A stretch of 64,000 nucleotides of DNA from Octopus sinensis (taxonomy: Eukaryota), in the NCBI RefSeq assembly GCF_006345805.1, contig NC_042998.1, positions 157,108,001-157,172,000 on the forward strand, in the 5' to 3' direction. Below, piece after piece: positions 42,841 through 55,829 of this stretch. The notes under the pieces are model-generated. The model was given only the letters and a program-made list of their open reading frames with translations, searched no databases and was not told the DNA's origin. The stretch's first letter is position 1. Every line of letters starts with the position of its first letter. The position numbers and the translations under genes are program-made.

Positions 42841-43572
42841 GTCATTATTCAGTTTATTTCAAGATTTCTTTCCAATAGAGAAAGAACTGGTTTTTAACCT
42901 AGATCCAAGGTTCCTTCATTGGAATTTCAACATCAGCAACAGAGTATTTTTGTTTAGATGTATGTATGTATGTATGTATGTATGTATGTATGTATGTATG
43001 TATGTATGTTATGTCAGGTCACTTTCGAGTGCTACTGGTAAAATGTAACCCAGTACAACCTATTGCCCGGTCGAGTCGTCGGCGACTAAACCGGCAACCC
43101 CACCAAGCTTGCTTGGTGAGGAGGGTGTTTATTGGACACCCTGCGGGATGAAAAGCAAAACCCGTCAAAGGGCGGAGGAACTTTTGAGAGTCAACGGCCA
43201 TCCAATAAATGTCTTAAGGCTGTATCATGCGCGGGGACATAGAAATAATCGGACTGAATACCCGATTGCGCGGTTAGACCATTGGGAGTGAAGGACTCCT
43301 AGCCTTTGTTAGGGCATCTTTCTAGGAGAAGGTAACTCAGGTAACTGGGATAACTCCGACATAAAACCTGCGGCTCAGTGGTTACCGATGATGTTGACTT
43401 GTTCTTCTTTTTGGATTATGGCTGCTGTTGCTTAGTGAGTGGGATTGACTCAGTGCACAGCCTTTCCTCACTTTAAAAAAAATCTTCTTGCACAGGCTTT
43501 GCACGATAACAACATTGATTAAGCTTCGTGCAATGGCCATACTCGATAACGAGGGGGCAGCCACCATGTATG

Positions 43573-43606
<34 letters not shown>

Positions 43607-44515
43607 TGTATGTATGTATGTATGTATGTATGTATGTATGTATGTATGTGTGTGTGTATAGATGGATAGATGGATAGATGAATGTGCAGATTTGTATGTT
43701 TTATGTATGTATTCTCGTATTTTAATGATAAACTTCTGGAAAGTTTTACAGATTTTTACAGTTTCAGTGATAGATTGGATCTGTAGTCTTCGAATTAGCT
43801 TTCTCAAGATTAGTATTTAGGCAGTATATTACATATACCAGGGTCCCAATGATTACAGCTATAAACCTGAACTTGTAATCTGGATTGTGTAACTGCAGAT
43901 TTCTCAATAGTTCAGCATAAGTGTTCTCTTTTTCATTGATCTTCAGCTTTATGTTAACATCCGCTGGGCAGCTAATTTCCACAATTGTGCATAGTTTCTT
44001 TTCTCTATCCCAAATCATTATATTAGGTCTGTTGTGCTTACATTTTATTGAGGTCTTCACTTGTACATTCCACCACTATTCCTTTTTATTATGAGTGGCT
44101 ATGGCTTCTATCATATTATGCATATTTATTTCTTTGTCCTGGGGATTATCCTTATAGTCCTAGCCACAACATCATGTCTCATAGCTAGATAATACCGTGA
44201 TGACATTTTCGGACAACTGTTTATGATGTGAGTGTTATATTCAGTGTGATCTCCACAAAGTCTGCATTGGTTGTCACATTTTACAAATTTTCTCGCATCT
44301 CTATCCCGTTTGTGCATCAGGTACTTGGCTGATATTTCCTGTTCCTGGATTTCAACGCACACCTTTCAAAGTGGGAGGTAGCAATCCAGCTATTGATCTA
44401 TGAAAAACTGCCTTGATGATCGATTTTACTATCATCATGGAGCTTTCTACAAACATATCCATGCATATTCTTCTGCTCATATAGGCTCATTCGTTCATCT
44501 GATGATATGTTGCGG
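42841..44515 (-). mobile_element. R4/Dong-like RLE LINE (family D), 5'-truncated, bounded by (TATG)n at both ends and interrupted by 43012-43567
   Basis: CRLC..H.E...HIINSC, RHD, NRPNIMIWD..CTIVEISCP, KENTYAEL; 3' UTR matches 24541-24645. Confidence 0.88.
43012..43567 (+). mobile_element. About 555-bp non-autonomous element (RTE-5'UTR-like), copy 2, nested in a (TATG)n tract of a LINE 3' UTR
   Basis: Reverse complement of 31345-31900 with roughly a dozen differences by eye. Confidence 0.8.
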
Positions 44516-44651
44516 TAGATATGTATGTATGTATGATGTATGTATGTATGTATGTATGTATGTATGTATGTATGTATGTATGTATGTATGTATGTATGTA
44601 TAATCTCTCTCTCTCTCTCTTTCTCTCTCCCTCTCTCTCACTCTTTATATA

Positions 44652-44690
<39 letters not shown>

Positions 44691-45289
44691 GGAAATATAC
44701 TTTCCAAGCAAGTAATTTTATCTGAGATCGAGTGTTGAAACTTAGAAAATTTCAACGTGGAAGATATAAACTGGTCATTCAAAGACACACATGTTAGCAT
44801 GACTTAAGCATTTATTATTGTAGCAACTGTGATCGGGTCACGGATATATTTCTACTGCAACTGTTTGTGGCAAGATTTAGTATATCTAAGCTTCAATGTT
44901 TTAAATATGATATAATTCATTAATATCGGTAAGTCATTATAGTTGTCATTACCCGATACTCATGGATATCTCTTATCACTGAAGTCTTCCTTTGTCATTA
45001 TATAGTAGAGCAAGTCCAGAATCAATGACTTCAAAGAAAAGAATCTCCCAGTCCAAGACCAAAGATCAGAAATAATAGCTGGAAAAATTATATTAATTAC
45101 ACTGAAACCTATATATATTAACCAACACACTGCCTCCAAACAGTTATAGTGAAATCATATCAGTGGCCAGGCTGCAGTTGATGCAACGAAAATTTTGATA
45201 CCAAATATTAAATGTTCCAGTGAAATTAACACGTTTTGTGTTTCTGAATGGCTAATATATGTCTCGAACTCTATAATGATATATATATA

Positions 45290-45431
<142 letters not shown>

Positions 45432-45650
45432 TATGTGTGTGTGTGTGTGTGTATTTTTATATATATATAGCAAATAAGAAAATGGAGGAGCACAATAGCT
45501 GGTCCATCAACTTTAGGACATTTAAAATGCTAACTTATATATTTATTAAAATGATAATTATAATAACATACATACATATAGCATATTATTATATGCATAT
45601 AAAATAAGAATATCATTAATTATGAAAAAACAAGAATATAAATTATTAAA

Positions 45651-45780
45651 ATAACTTACAGCTGTTTCAGCCCATAGATAAAAGCATCTCATTCTGCCTA
45701 TATTAATCAAGTGTATTGAGGTAATAGGCAGTTGAAAATGAGATACTTGTATATATCTCTAGTCCTCGTCAGATATTATA
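45651..45780 (-). ncRNA. Type I hammerhead ribozyme with intact core and about 95-nt stem II
   Basis: Minus strand CTGACGA-ggact..aagtatctcatt..ctgcctat..ataggcag-aatgagatgctt..gggct-GAAAC-AGCT-GTA. Confidence 0.78.
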
Positions 45781-45821
45781 AAGTACAATAAATATAAATT
45801 TAAAACAAAATACACACACAT

Positions 45822-45884
<63 letters not shown>

Positions 45885-45970
45885 CAGATATGGTTATAGA
45901 TAATTATATATACTGAAATATACATACACATCCTTATCCATAAGTACATATAATATTAATTTATTACTAA

Positions 45971-46023
<53 letters not shown>

Positions 46024-46648
46024 TATTATTATTATATTATTATTATTATTATTATTATTAGATTACGTGTATTCTGCTATTCACAATACGTTGTATATGA
46101 ATTATAAAATATAGAATATAATATAATACCTAAACAGATGTTCATGAAGGATGTAAGCATATTAATTTTACAATCAATATCAGTATATTAATATATCATA
46201 CAGTTAATATAGTTATTTCAATATTATTCTGCATACATATATATATATGGGTAACAAACACATGCATATACATACATACACATTCGCACAAATATATAGA
46301 AATACATATATAAATTTTTTTCCATTTCATCATACTAAAATATACATACATAATATATTTTAAGTGTAATATAATACGCAGACTAAGAGATAAACTTTGT
46401 GAGCTTTCTTTTCGTTATTTATTAATATTTTAGCAATTAAAATCTTACGGGGATTGGGGAGAGATTATTTTCAATCATTTACTAAATCTAATTAGTTAAT
46501 AATTTTGAATTTCTTTGTCTCGGTTAATGTTGGTTGATTGAAACTAATTGTAAATAGAACATAAATAATTGAAAATATGAATTCATATGTTTTTATATAA
46601 ACATATATACACATACATACACGTACATATAGATATATATACGCAGAT

Positions 46649-46751
<103 letters not shown>

Positions 46752-47080
46752 GGACTACCGTACATATATACATACATATTAATTAATTAATTGTTAAAGT
46801 GATATATTAAGGGGATATTATTAATATATTTTAATATAGTACATACTAGAAGTAAATTATTTATAAATAATAATAATAATAATAATAATGATAATAATAA
46901 TAATATAATAATAATAATATAATAATAATAATATAATAATAATGATAATAATAATAATAATATAATAATAATAATAATACTAATAATAAATAATAATAAT
47001 AATAATGATACTAATAATAATAATAATAATGATACTAATAATAATAATAATAATAATAATAATATAATAATAATAATGAT

Positions 47081-49516
47081 AATTGGAAATCCCCCGGTAA
47101 AGTTAGGGAGCTGAATTTCTGGCTCGCATCGTTCCCATGTGCACACGGTAAGCTAGTTCAGCTGCTCAATGGAATTATGAGAGACCCAAAGAAAACACCT
47201 GAATGGTTAGCAAGTGGTATTACTTACCTACTCCCAAAGAATAACGAAACCAAACTTCCAAAAAAACTATTGGCCTATAACCTGTTTATCCACCACGTAT
47301 AAAATCCTAACATCTATCCTGGCGGAGAAAATATATGCATTCATGGAGAAGAACGATATTTTCCCCATTGAACAAAAAGGGTGCCGCCGAGGCTCATACG
47401 GATGCAAAGATCAACTGCTAATTAATCGTATGATCCTTGAGAACTGTTACAACAAGCACAGAAATCTTAACTCCGCATGGATTGACTATAAAAAGGCCTT
47501 CGACAGTATACCGCATCCATGGATCTTGAAATCGCTGGACATCTTCAAAATTTCCCTTGTGATTTCAAGCTTCCTGAAGCACAATATGTCGTTGTGGAAT
47601 ACGAATCTCCAATTATACCACTTTAATGGAGTACTTGCCTCAGAGAATATACACATCAACTGTGGCATTTTTAAGGTGACTCACTTTCACCTCCAATGTT
47701 CTGCATAGCCCTAATACCCCTTACAAGTGAATTAAACAGAACAGGGTATGGGTATAGAATTGTCAATAAAAAAATAAGCCATCTATTTTATATGGATGAC
47801 TTAAAACTCTATGGTAAAGATGATAATGAACTTGAAGGCCTATTGCGCACTGTGAAAGCATTCAGCGATGACATCGGGATGGAGTTTGGGTTTGAGAAGT
47901 GTGCCAAGGCTACTTTCCGGGAAAGGAAAGTGAAGACCACAAATTCAGTCGTATTAGATGTTGACACAGTCATAAGAGAGCTTGAGCAAGAACAAACATA
48001 CAAATATTTAGGGATAAATGAAGGCTCAGGTATTCAGCATGCAAGCATGAAAGAGAAGATCAGGAAGGAATGTTATAGGAGAGTTCGTGCAGTCCTGAAA
48101 TCTGAACTAAATGCACGTAACAAGGTGTTAGCTATAAATTCCTTAGCAGTTACAGTTGTTACTTATAGCTACAATGTGTTGAACTGGAATATGAGTGAAG
48201 TAAAGAATATAGATAGGAAAATACGCAAGCTGCTGAGTTGTAATAGGATGCACCATCCAAAGGCAGATGTAGATCGCCTTTACCTCCCCAGAGCCCAAGG
48301 AGGTCGAGGCCTGATCCAATTTGAACTAGTTTACAAAACAACCACAATTGGACTGGCCAAATATCTTGAAATAACGAATGACTGGATGCTAAAGCTCGTG
48401 GAAAATCACGAGAGACGAAAGAAGCTTCATTCTATCATAAAGGAAAGCAAAAGATTTGCTATTGATCTCGTGCAGGATACCCAAACTGAACAACCCGAGG
48501 GAAGTACGGCAACTATTGTTGCAAAGAAGGTGAAAATAATGGCAACGAAAAAAGCGCACGAGCTGATAGGTGGGAGGAGAAACCTCTGCACGGCAAATAT
48601 GTGGCCCGTAGCAAACAAGCTGATGTTGACAAGAAGCAAACCCATCAGTGGCTACGGAGCTCAGGGCTAAAAGCAGAGAGTGAAGGTTTCATCCTGGCTG
48701 CTCAAGATCAAAGCCTATTAACCCGGAACTACCAGGCCAATGTGATGAAAAATGGAGCAGACCCAAAATGCCGATTCTGCAACGACATGATTGAAACAGT
48801 GGACCACCTAATCTCTGGATGTAAAGTCTTAGCACCAGTGGAGTATAAATTAAGACATGACAGAGTTGGCCAATATCTGCACTGGCTAATAAATCGGCAT
48901 TACAATATCAAAACTGCCGACAAGTGGTATAATCATCACCCTGAAGCTGTAACTGAAGGAGAAAATGTAACGATTCTGTGGGACTTTCCAGTACATACAG
49001 ACCGAACCATCAAAGCCAATAAACCGGATATTGTTGTGAGAGACCAAAACAATAAAGTTTGCTTATTGATCGACATGAGCATCCCCTGTGATCATAATAT
49101 CTCGGCGAAAGAATTTGACAAGCTCAGAAAATATAAAGACCTGCTCATTAAAATTGAGAAAATGTGGCATCTCAAGGCGGTTACAATACCAGTGATCGTA
49201 GGAGCACTAGGAATGATCAAGAAGGGAACCGAAAATTATATGAGAATGATCCCTGGCTTACCATCCCTGCAAGAAGTGCAAAAGATTGTCTTAACTGGTA
49301 CATCACACGTATTGAGAAGAGCATTGTCGATGAGAGAACTATTACTACCCATGTATTTTAATTTAACTTTATTTCTATCAAAAAAAAAAAAAATGAACGA
49401 ACTAGTGAGTTTAGTTTAATGGCCTACCAATGTATACTATGAGTTTCTTTGCCCTAGGAGTCGGGAAGACACTCGGCAAGAAATGGAAGCAAATTTGAAA
49501 GAAGAAGAAAAACCCA
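47081..49516 (+). mobile_element. R4/Dong-clade non-LTR retrotransposon (family A), 5'-truncated, two frameshifts, inside (TAA)n
   Basis: RT motifs PITCL, EQKGC, WIDYKKAFDS, YMDDLKL, YKYLG; CCHC CRFC..ETVDHLISGC; RHD; RLE KPD..LIDMSIP..KLRKYKDL; (TAA)n on both flanks. Confidence 0.96.
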
Positions 49517-49531
49517 TAAATAATAATAATG

Positions 49532-49563
<32 letters not shown>

Positions 49564-49988
49564 TATGTTATATAATTTTGTATATACATCACATTCCGTA
49601 ATCATATATATGTCCAAGTACACAAATATATATATACACACTTACACATACATATATATATACATGCACACATACATACGCATATAGACATATAAATAGC
49701 CACACATATACATACATATACTCATAGATACACACATACACACATATATATATATATATACAGATACACACACATACTCACACACACATATATATACATA
49801 TATACAAACATACATATACATATATACACACTTAGTTAACTCAACAATCAAACAAATAATCGTATTATTGGTTATATAATTTTATATAGAGATCACATTC
49901 CTCAAATAAACATATAAATACCTATGTCTATAAATAGGTATGTATATGTTTATTTAAGGAAATACGCAAAGGAAGAAATACGCAAATG

Positions 49989-50047
49989 TCAGTTAAATAT
50001 ATTTTGAAATCTGATGAGTAATACAAATGTATGAAAGCGCTAACTGA
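49989..50047 (+). ncRNA. Minimal hammerhead-like motif
   Basis: CTGATGA-gta-atac-aaat-gtat-GAAAG-CG-CTA-actga; palindromic stem III AGCGCT; stem I partner tcagt is displaced upstream. Confidence 0.55.
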
Positions 50048-50372
50048 ACTTCATGAACATCACCAAATATTTTTTTAGTGTTTAACACACTTCAACATTG
50101 TAAATAATTATTTTAAGATACAACAATAAAAAAAGGTAAAAACTAGATCATGTTTTAACTTTATTAACTAATATATATAAGATCCAGGGATGAGGTATAG
50201 GAAGAAAGTTAGCTTCAAGCAACCCGCAGTAAATATAAAAACAATATTCAGGGACTATAGTGGTTTATTGAGACGGAATGTTGTGGATTTTTTTCCGTAT
50301 CAAAATACGATAAATTGACAAAAGTTTCACGGTAAGCGACCGGGGTTGCCGGGTGTGTGAATAAGGATACAT

Positions 50373-50730
50373 GAGTTAAGGAATGGCGTAGACAAAATCT
50401 GGGCTACATATGTTTCATAGCGAGCGGAACCTCAGAGGTGGTAAATATCCAAGTGAGGTGTGTATACCACATGCTACTCTTCAGGCAAAGGACATCTTGA
50501 TTAAATGAAAGTTTACATTGTCGCAAGGAGGTACATGTTAACACACTGATTGAACCTTCCATGTGTTAACATGTACCTCCTTGTGATAATGTAAACATTA
50601 ATTTAATCAAGATATCCTTGGCTTGGAGAGTAGCCTGCGGTATACACCTCACTTGGATATTTATTATTTCTTAGATTTCGCTCGCTATGAAACATGTAGT
50701 CTGGATCTAATCTACTCCATTCATTAACTC
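50373..50730. repeat. Fold-back palindrome (arms about 170 bp, 16-nt spacer) with a hammerhead motif in each arm
   Basis: 50373-50545 versus 50562-50730; arms diverged mostly by transitions; ends on (TA)n. Confidence 0.92.
50402..50487 (-). ncRNA. Type I hammerhead with intact core and long stem II
   Basis: gc-CTGAAGA-gtagc..cctca..tgagg..gctat-GAAAC-ATAT-GTA-gc; mirror copy 50620-50701 (+) is degenerate (TTGGAGA...GAAACATGTA). Confidence 0.75.
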
Positions 50731-50734
50731 TTAT

Positions 50735-50793
<59 letters not shown>

Positions 50794-50794
50794 T

Positions 50795-51288
50795 AATATT
50801 GAGGGGTCAGCAAAAGAAATGCATCACCACATACCGAAGTTCAGAAATAGCAGCCAAAATCTAAGCCATTTCTTCTACTTAAAAAAAGGGTCTACCAGAG
50901 AAACCATAATACTTGAATCTTATTCATCCAGTCAGAGGGTAACGCAACGAAAATCAATCAATATCCGATTATCCATAGACGCGCGTTTCGGAATCAGGAT
51001 TCAAGTAAAGAATATCCAAAAATATAAACTTTACTAACCACATTCCTCTTCAGTATGCAAAAATCCGAAGGTACTAAAACATTAGAATGACTCCTTCAAT
51101 GTAACGGTCGCTAATGCTAGTACCGCCAGATTCAAAACAAGAATGAAAGTCGCTTAGCCTCCTCTGCCTTTCCACGTTTGTCTTCAAGTAAATGCTACAG
51201 AAAAATCAGCAGTAGGTTCTCATGGAGAAAAATCTATTATCAATAGCAATTAAGGGTAAAACTAATTAATTAGTTTTACCCTTAATTG

Positions 51289-51292
<4 letters not shown>
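50795..51292 (-). mobile_element. Hammerhead-bearing non-coding element between two (TA)n tracts, same family as the 26.4-kb arms
   Basis: ggggtcagcaaaagaaatgcatcaccacataccgaagttcagaaatagcagccaaaa matches 26454-26511; ends in a perfect 50-bp palindrome. Confidence 0.8.
50974..51057 (-). ncRNA. Type I hammerhead ribozyme, fully intact consensus, long stem II
   Basis: cata-CTGAAGA-ggaat..agtaaag..ctttact..attcc-GAAAC-GCGC-GTC-tatg. Confidence 0.85.
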
Positions 51293-51340
<48 letters not shown>

Positions 51341-51455
51341 GAAAAGGACAACAAAAACTAAGGCAAGATGAGTATCTCAAGTCATTTAGAATACTAAATT
51401 AGAGTAACATGAATTTGAAGTAATTAATTAACTAGTTAATTATTTAATTATTGGA

Positions 51456-51533
51456 TGTCTTACAGCTGTTTCTGGGATGTCCCAAGTGATAGGTTACCTT
51501 CTCCATATATTGGGTAGTCCATCATAAGAGACA
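51456..51533 (-). ncRNA. Type I hammerhead with a single core mutation (CTTATGA)
   Basis: tgtct-CTTATGA-tgga..cccaa..ttggg..ccca-GAAAC-AGCT-GTA-agaca. Confidence 0.7.
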
Positions 51534-51857
51534 AGGTGAAAGTTCTTGACAGGGAATTCACAGTTTATAAAGGTATGAAATATTAGATAGAAGAATAAAG
51601 AGTAAAACAGTAGATTGAAGAATACAGGGAGGATAATAAAGTTCAAAACTTCAACAGTTGTGAAACGGTGATGAAAAATAAACACAAGCATAGAGATACA
51701 TACACAGATATATAAAGATATATTCGAAAAGCTTCTTCCAATTTCCATCTGACAGATCCACTTACAAGGGTTTGGTTGGCCCCAGGCTATACTAGAAGAC
51801 ACTTGCTCAAGGTGCTACGCAGTGGGACTGAATCCGGAAGAATGTGGCTGAGAGACA

Positions 51858-51912
<55 letters not shown>

Positions 51913-52032
51913 ATCTATCTATCATCTATCTATATTAATAATAATGATATGACAACAAGAGAATGAATGAGACCTCGATATTATGTAAATAGAGGAGTTT
52001 ATAAATATATGTAACAATTAGTTGGTTGTCAT

Positions 52033-52065
<33 letters not shown>

Positions 52066-52166
52066 CATATATGTGTATTTGAGTATGCATGTATGCATAG
52101 ATATATATATATATACATCTAGGCATACATGCATACTCAAATACACATATATGTATCTATATATGT

Positions 52167-52284
52167 AGATTTGTTATTCATATCAATTCACTCGACAAGT
52201 AACGCTTGCAATAAAATATTCCAGCCTGTAGCTAACTATGCACACATTTTTGTAGCTGTTGCAGTTGCCGGTGTGTGTGTGTGA

Positions 52285-52337
<53 letters not shown>

Positions 52338-52475
52338 GTGTGTGTGTGCATGTATATACATACAGACACACCGGCAACTGCAACAGCTACAAAAATGTGT
52401 GCATAGTTAGCTACAGGCTGGAATATTTTATTGCAAGCGTTAATTGTCGAGTGAATTGATATAAATAACAAATCT
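52167..52475. repeat. Near-perfect inverted repeat (arms about 110 bp) around a (TA)n/(TG)n spacer
   Basis: 52167-52277 versus 52366-52475; mirrored ORFs 52183-52383(-) and 52259-52459(+). Confidence 0.95.
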
Positions 52476-52764
52476 GGCACTTTGGGGATTCTGAACGGAT
52501 GTGAGAGAAATGAAATCTGAAACTAATGTGTATGTTGAAAATAAAGAATTATTTTTTACAAAGAGACAGTTATTATATTATATAAGAAACGGCGAGTTGC
52601 AATGAGGATGATTTACCCAACGGAATTTAAGACGCTATTTATATATAAATGGCTACATTAGAGAGTCGAAACGGGCTTCGGTCATGGCTTCCTAGGAAAA
52701 TGTTCGAAAATCTTCTGAATACTTGGTAAAATTATTAGCTATTAATTGATTAATTAATTTTACC

Positions 52765-52850
<86 letters not shown>

Positions 52851-52852
52851 TC

Positions 52853-52886
<34 letters not shown>

Positions 52887-52908
52887 TATTATTATTATTA
52901 TTATTATT

Positions 52909-55611
52909 CAGTAGTTTTATTTTTATAGCGTGCTTTCACTTCACTACCGAGCGCAGCTCTGTGTGCCTTGGGTATGTGCTGTGATTTGTTGTGATGCTCT
53001 GATGGTTATTGTATGGAAAGTGTTCTGCGTAGGATGTGTGCAGTGCCTAGTAGTGCAATTTTCTGTATGTTATATGTGTTTGTAAGTCCTGGTGTTTTTG
53101 TTATGTATTTGTCTGAATATTTTTTTATCATGCCTAATGCACCTACTATGATAGGAATTGTTTCTGTTTTCAGATTCCACATTCTAGTTACCTCTATTTC
53201 CAGGTCTTTGTATTTTGAGAGTTTCTCCATTTCTTTTAGAGACACGTTGACATCTGCCGGTATTGATAGATCAATTAGAAAGCATTTTTTTTCTTCATGA
53301 TCTCTGACAACTATATCTGGTCTGTTGGCCTTAATTTCTCTATCTGTGTGTATCGGCATATCCCAGAGTATGGTTGCTTTCTCGTTTTCTGTGACCTTTT
53401 CTGGTGTGTGCCTATACCATCTTTTTTCTGTTGTTATTCCACAATGTTGGCATAGCTTCCAAAATATGTAGGTTCCAACTCTGTCATGTCTGTGTATATA
53501 TTCCTTCTTAGCCAGGACTGGGCAGCTAGAGATAATATGATTTATTGTTTCTTGTCCATCTCCACATATTCTGCAGTTACTTGTAATATTTCTTTTCATT
53601 ACATGTTTTTGGTAATTTCTGGTGGGGAGGCTTTGGTCTTGTGCTGCAATTAAAAATCCTTCTGTTTCTACTTTGAGTACTGAGCTTCTCAACCATTGCT
53701 GGGAGTTTCCTTTGTCTATTTCTTTTGCGTTTAGTTTAGTGCAGTATTTACCATGAAGGGGCTTTTCTTGCCATCGTTTTATCATGGTTCGTTGCTGTTC
53801 TATTTTTAGTTTGGATTTCATTTGTTTTATAGCTTTTGTTGTTTCTTCATCTTCTTCTTCTTCTTCTTCTTCTTCTTCTTCTTCTTCTTCATGTTTATTA
53901 GGTGGTATGATTTCTTGTTTGTATTTGTCAGCTTCCTTAAATACTGAGAACAGTTTTTTGTTTTGCTCGTGTTTTGCCGCTATTTGTATCAGTTTTCCTT
54001 CCTTCTGAAGTAGATATTTTTGCAGTCCTATGGTGGTTATTTTATAGTAGTTTTCCAGCTGTATAAGGCCTCTACCACCTTCTATACGTTGTATATATAG
54101 TCTTTCAATGTCAGATTTTGGGTGATGCATCCTAGATCCTGTCAGTATTTTTCTTGTTTTCCTATCTATTTTGGTCAGTTCATTTCGTGTCCAGTTAAGG
54201 ATATTGTAGCTGTAACTTTTAACTGGGACAGCTAAAGTGTTGATACCTATTATCTTGTTTTTAGCATTGAGCTCTGTTTTTAGTATTGATCTAACTCGTC
54301 TATAATATTCTTTTTTTATTTTCTCTTTCATTTGTGTGTGTTGTGTCTTATCTAGTTCATGGATTCCTAAGTATTTGTAAGTTTGGCTTTGGTCTAATTC
54401 TTTTATTTCATTAGTGTGATGTTGCTACTCTTAACTAGTTTTTCTCTTTTCATGGTCACTGTGGTGCATTTTTCTAATCCAAATTTCATATCTATTTCTT
54501 TGGTAAATCCATGAACTGTCTTTAATAGTGTTTCCAGCTGTTTGTCATTTGCAGCGTATAGTTTTAGGTCATCCATATATAAAAGGTGGCTGATCGTTTT
54601 GCCGTAACATTTATATCCGCATCCAGTTCTATTTAGTATATCAGATAGAGGTGACAGTGCCAAGCAGAAAAGGAGTGGAGAGAGCGTGTCTCCGTGGAAT
54701 ATTCCTCTTCTAATGGGGATGTCTTTGGTTTTCATGAGTCCCTCTTTTGTTTGGAGGTGTAGGACTGTTTGCCATTTATTCATAGAGTGCTCTATGAATT
54801 TTATGATTGTTGGTGCTACTTTGTTAATGGCTAGTGTTTCGAGGATCCATGTGTGGGGGATGCTATCAAATGCCTTTTTGTAATCAATCCAGGCCATACT
54901 GAGGCCTTTCTTCTTTCTGTGGCTGTCTTCAGTTATGGCTTTATTAATCATTAGTTGATCTTTACAGCCATATGAGCCTTTGCGGCATCCTTTCTGCTCT
55001 TCTGGGAACAGTTTGTTTTCGTCCAGGTGCTTGTTCAACCTTTGCGATATCACTGCAGTAAATGCCTTGAACATAGTAGGGAGGCAGGTTATTGGTCTGT
55101 AGTTTTCTGGTTTTGCTGTTTCATTTGATTTGGGAATTAAGATGGTTTTCCCCTTCGTGAGCCATTCAGGCATTGTCTCTGGCTCTGCTAGTATGTTGTT
55201 AAAGTTTTCAGCCAGCTTTTTGTGCATTCCTGTTAGATATTTCAACTAGAAGTTGGGGATCTTGTCATGCCCAGGTGCCTTCCAGTTGCTTAGTCTTTGC
55301 AGTGCCTGGGTGACCTCTTCAGTTGTTATGGGGGTCCAAAGTTGTTCAGATGCCGAGTTTGTTATTTTGATACTCCTTTTTTTTGGTTGTTCGTTCGCCG
55401 ACCATATTTCTCTCAAGAATTCTTCCAATTCTTCTGCCGCTGGTGCTGCAGTGACTTCTATTTTATTTTTGCCAAGTTCTTGATAGAACTTTTTGGGGTT
55501 GGAGTTGAACTTTTTGTTTTGTTCAAAGAAGCGTTGGCGTTTCTCGTACCGGCGGATCCTTTGTGCTTTGGCAAGGATATCTTACTTCAGCTTTTCTTTT
55601 ATCTCCGGCAA
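52909..55611 (-). mobile_element. R4/Dong-clade LINE (family B), 5'-truncated, one stop and one frameshift
   Basis: WKAPGHDKI, NYRPITCL, WIDYKKAFDS, YMDDLKL, CRIC..ETINHIISSC, RHD, NRPD..LIDLSIP, KLSKYKDL; flanked by (TTA)n. Confidence 0.96.
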
Positions 55612-55691
<80 letters not shown>

Positions 55692-55693
55692 CA

Positions 55694-55761
<68 letters not shown>

Positions 55762-55776
55762 ATTATTTTATTATTA

Positions 55777-55828
<52 letters not shown>

Positions 55829-55829
<1 letters not shown>

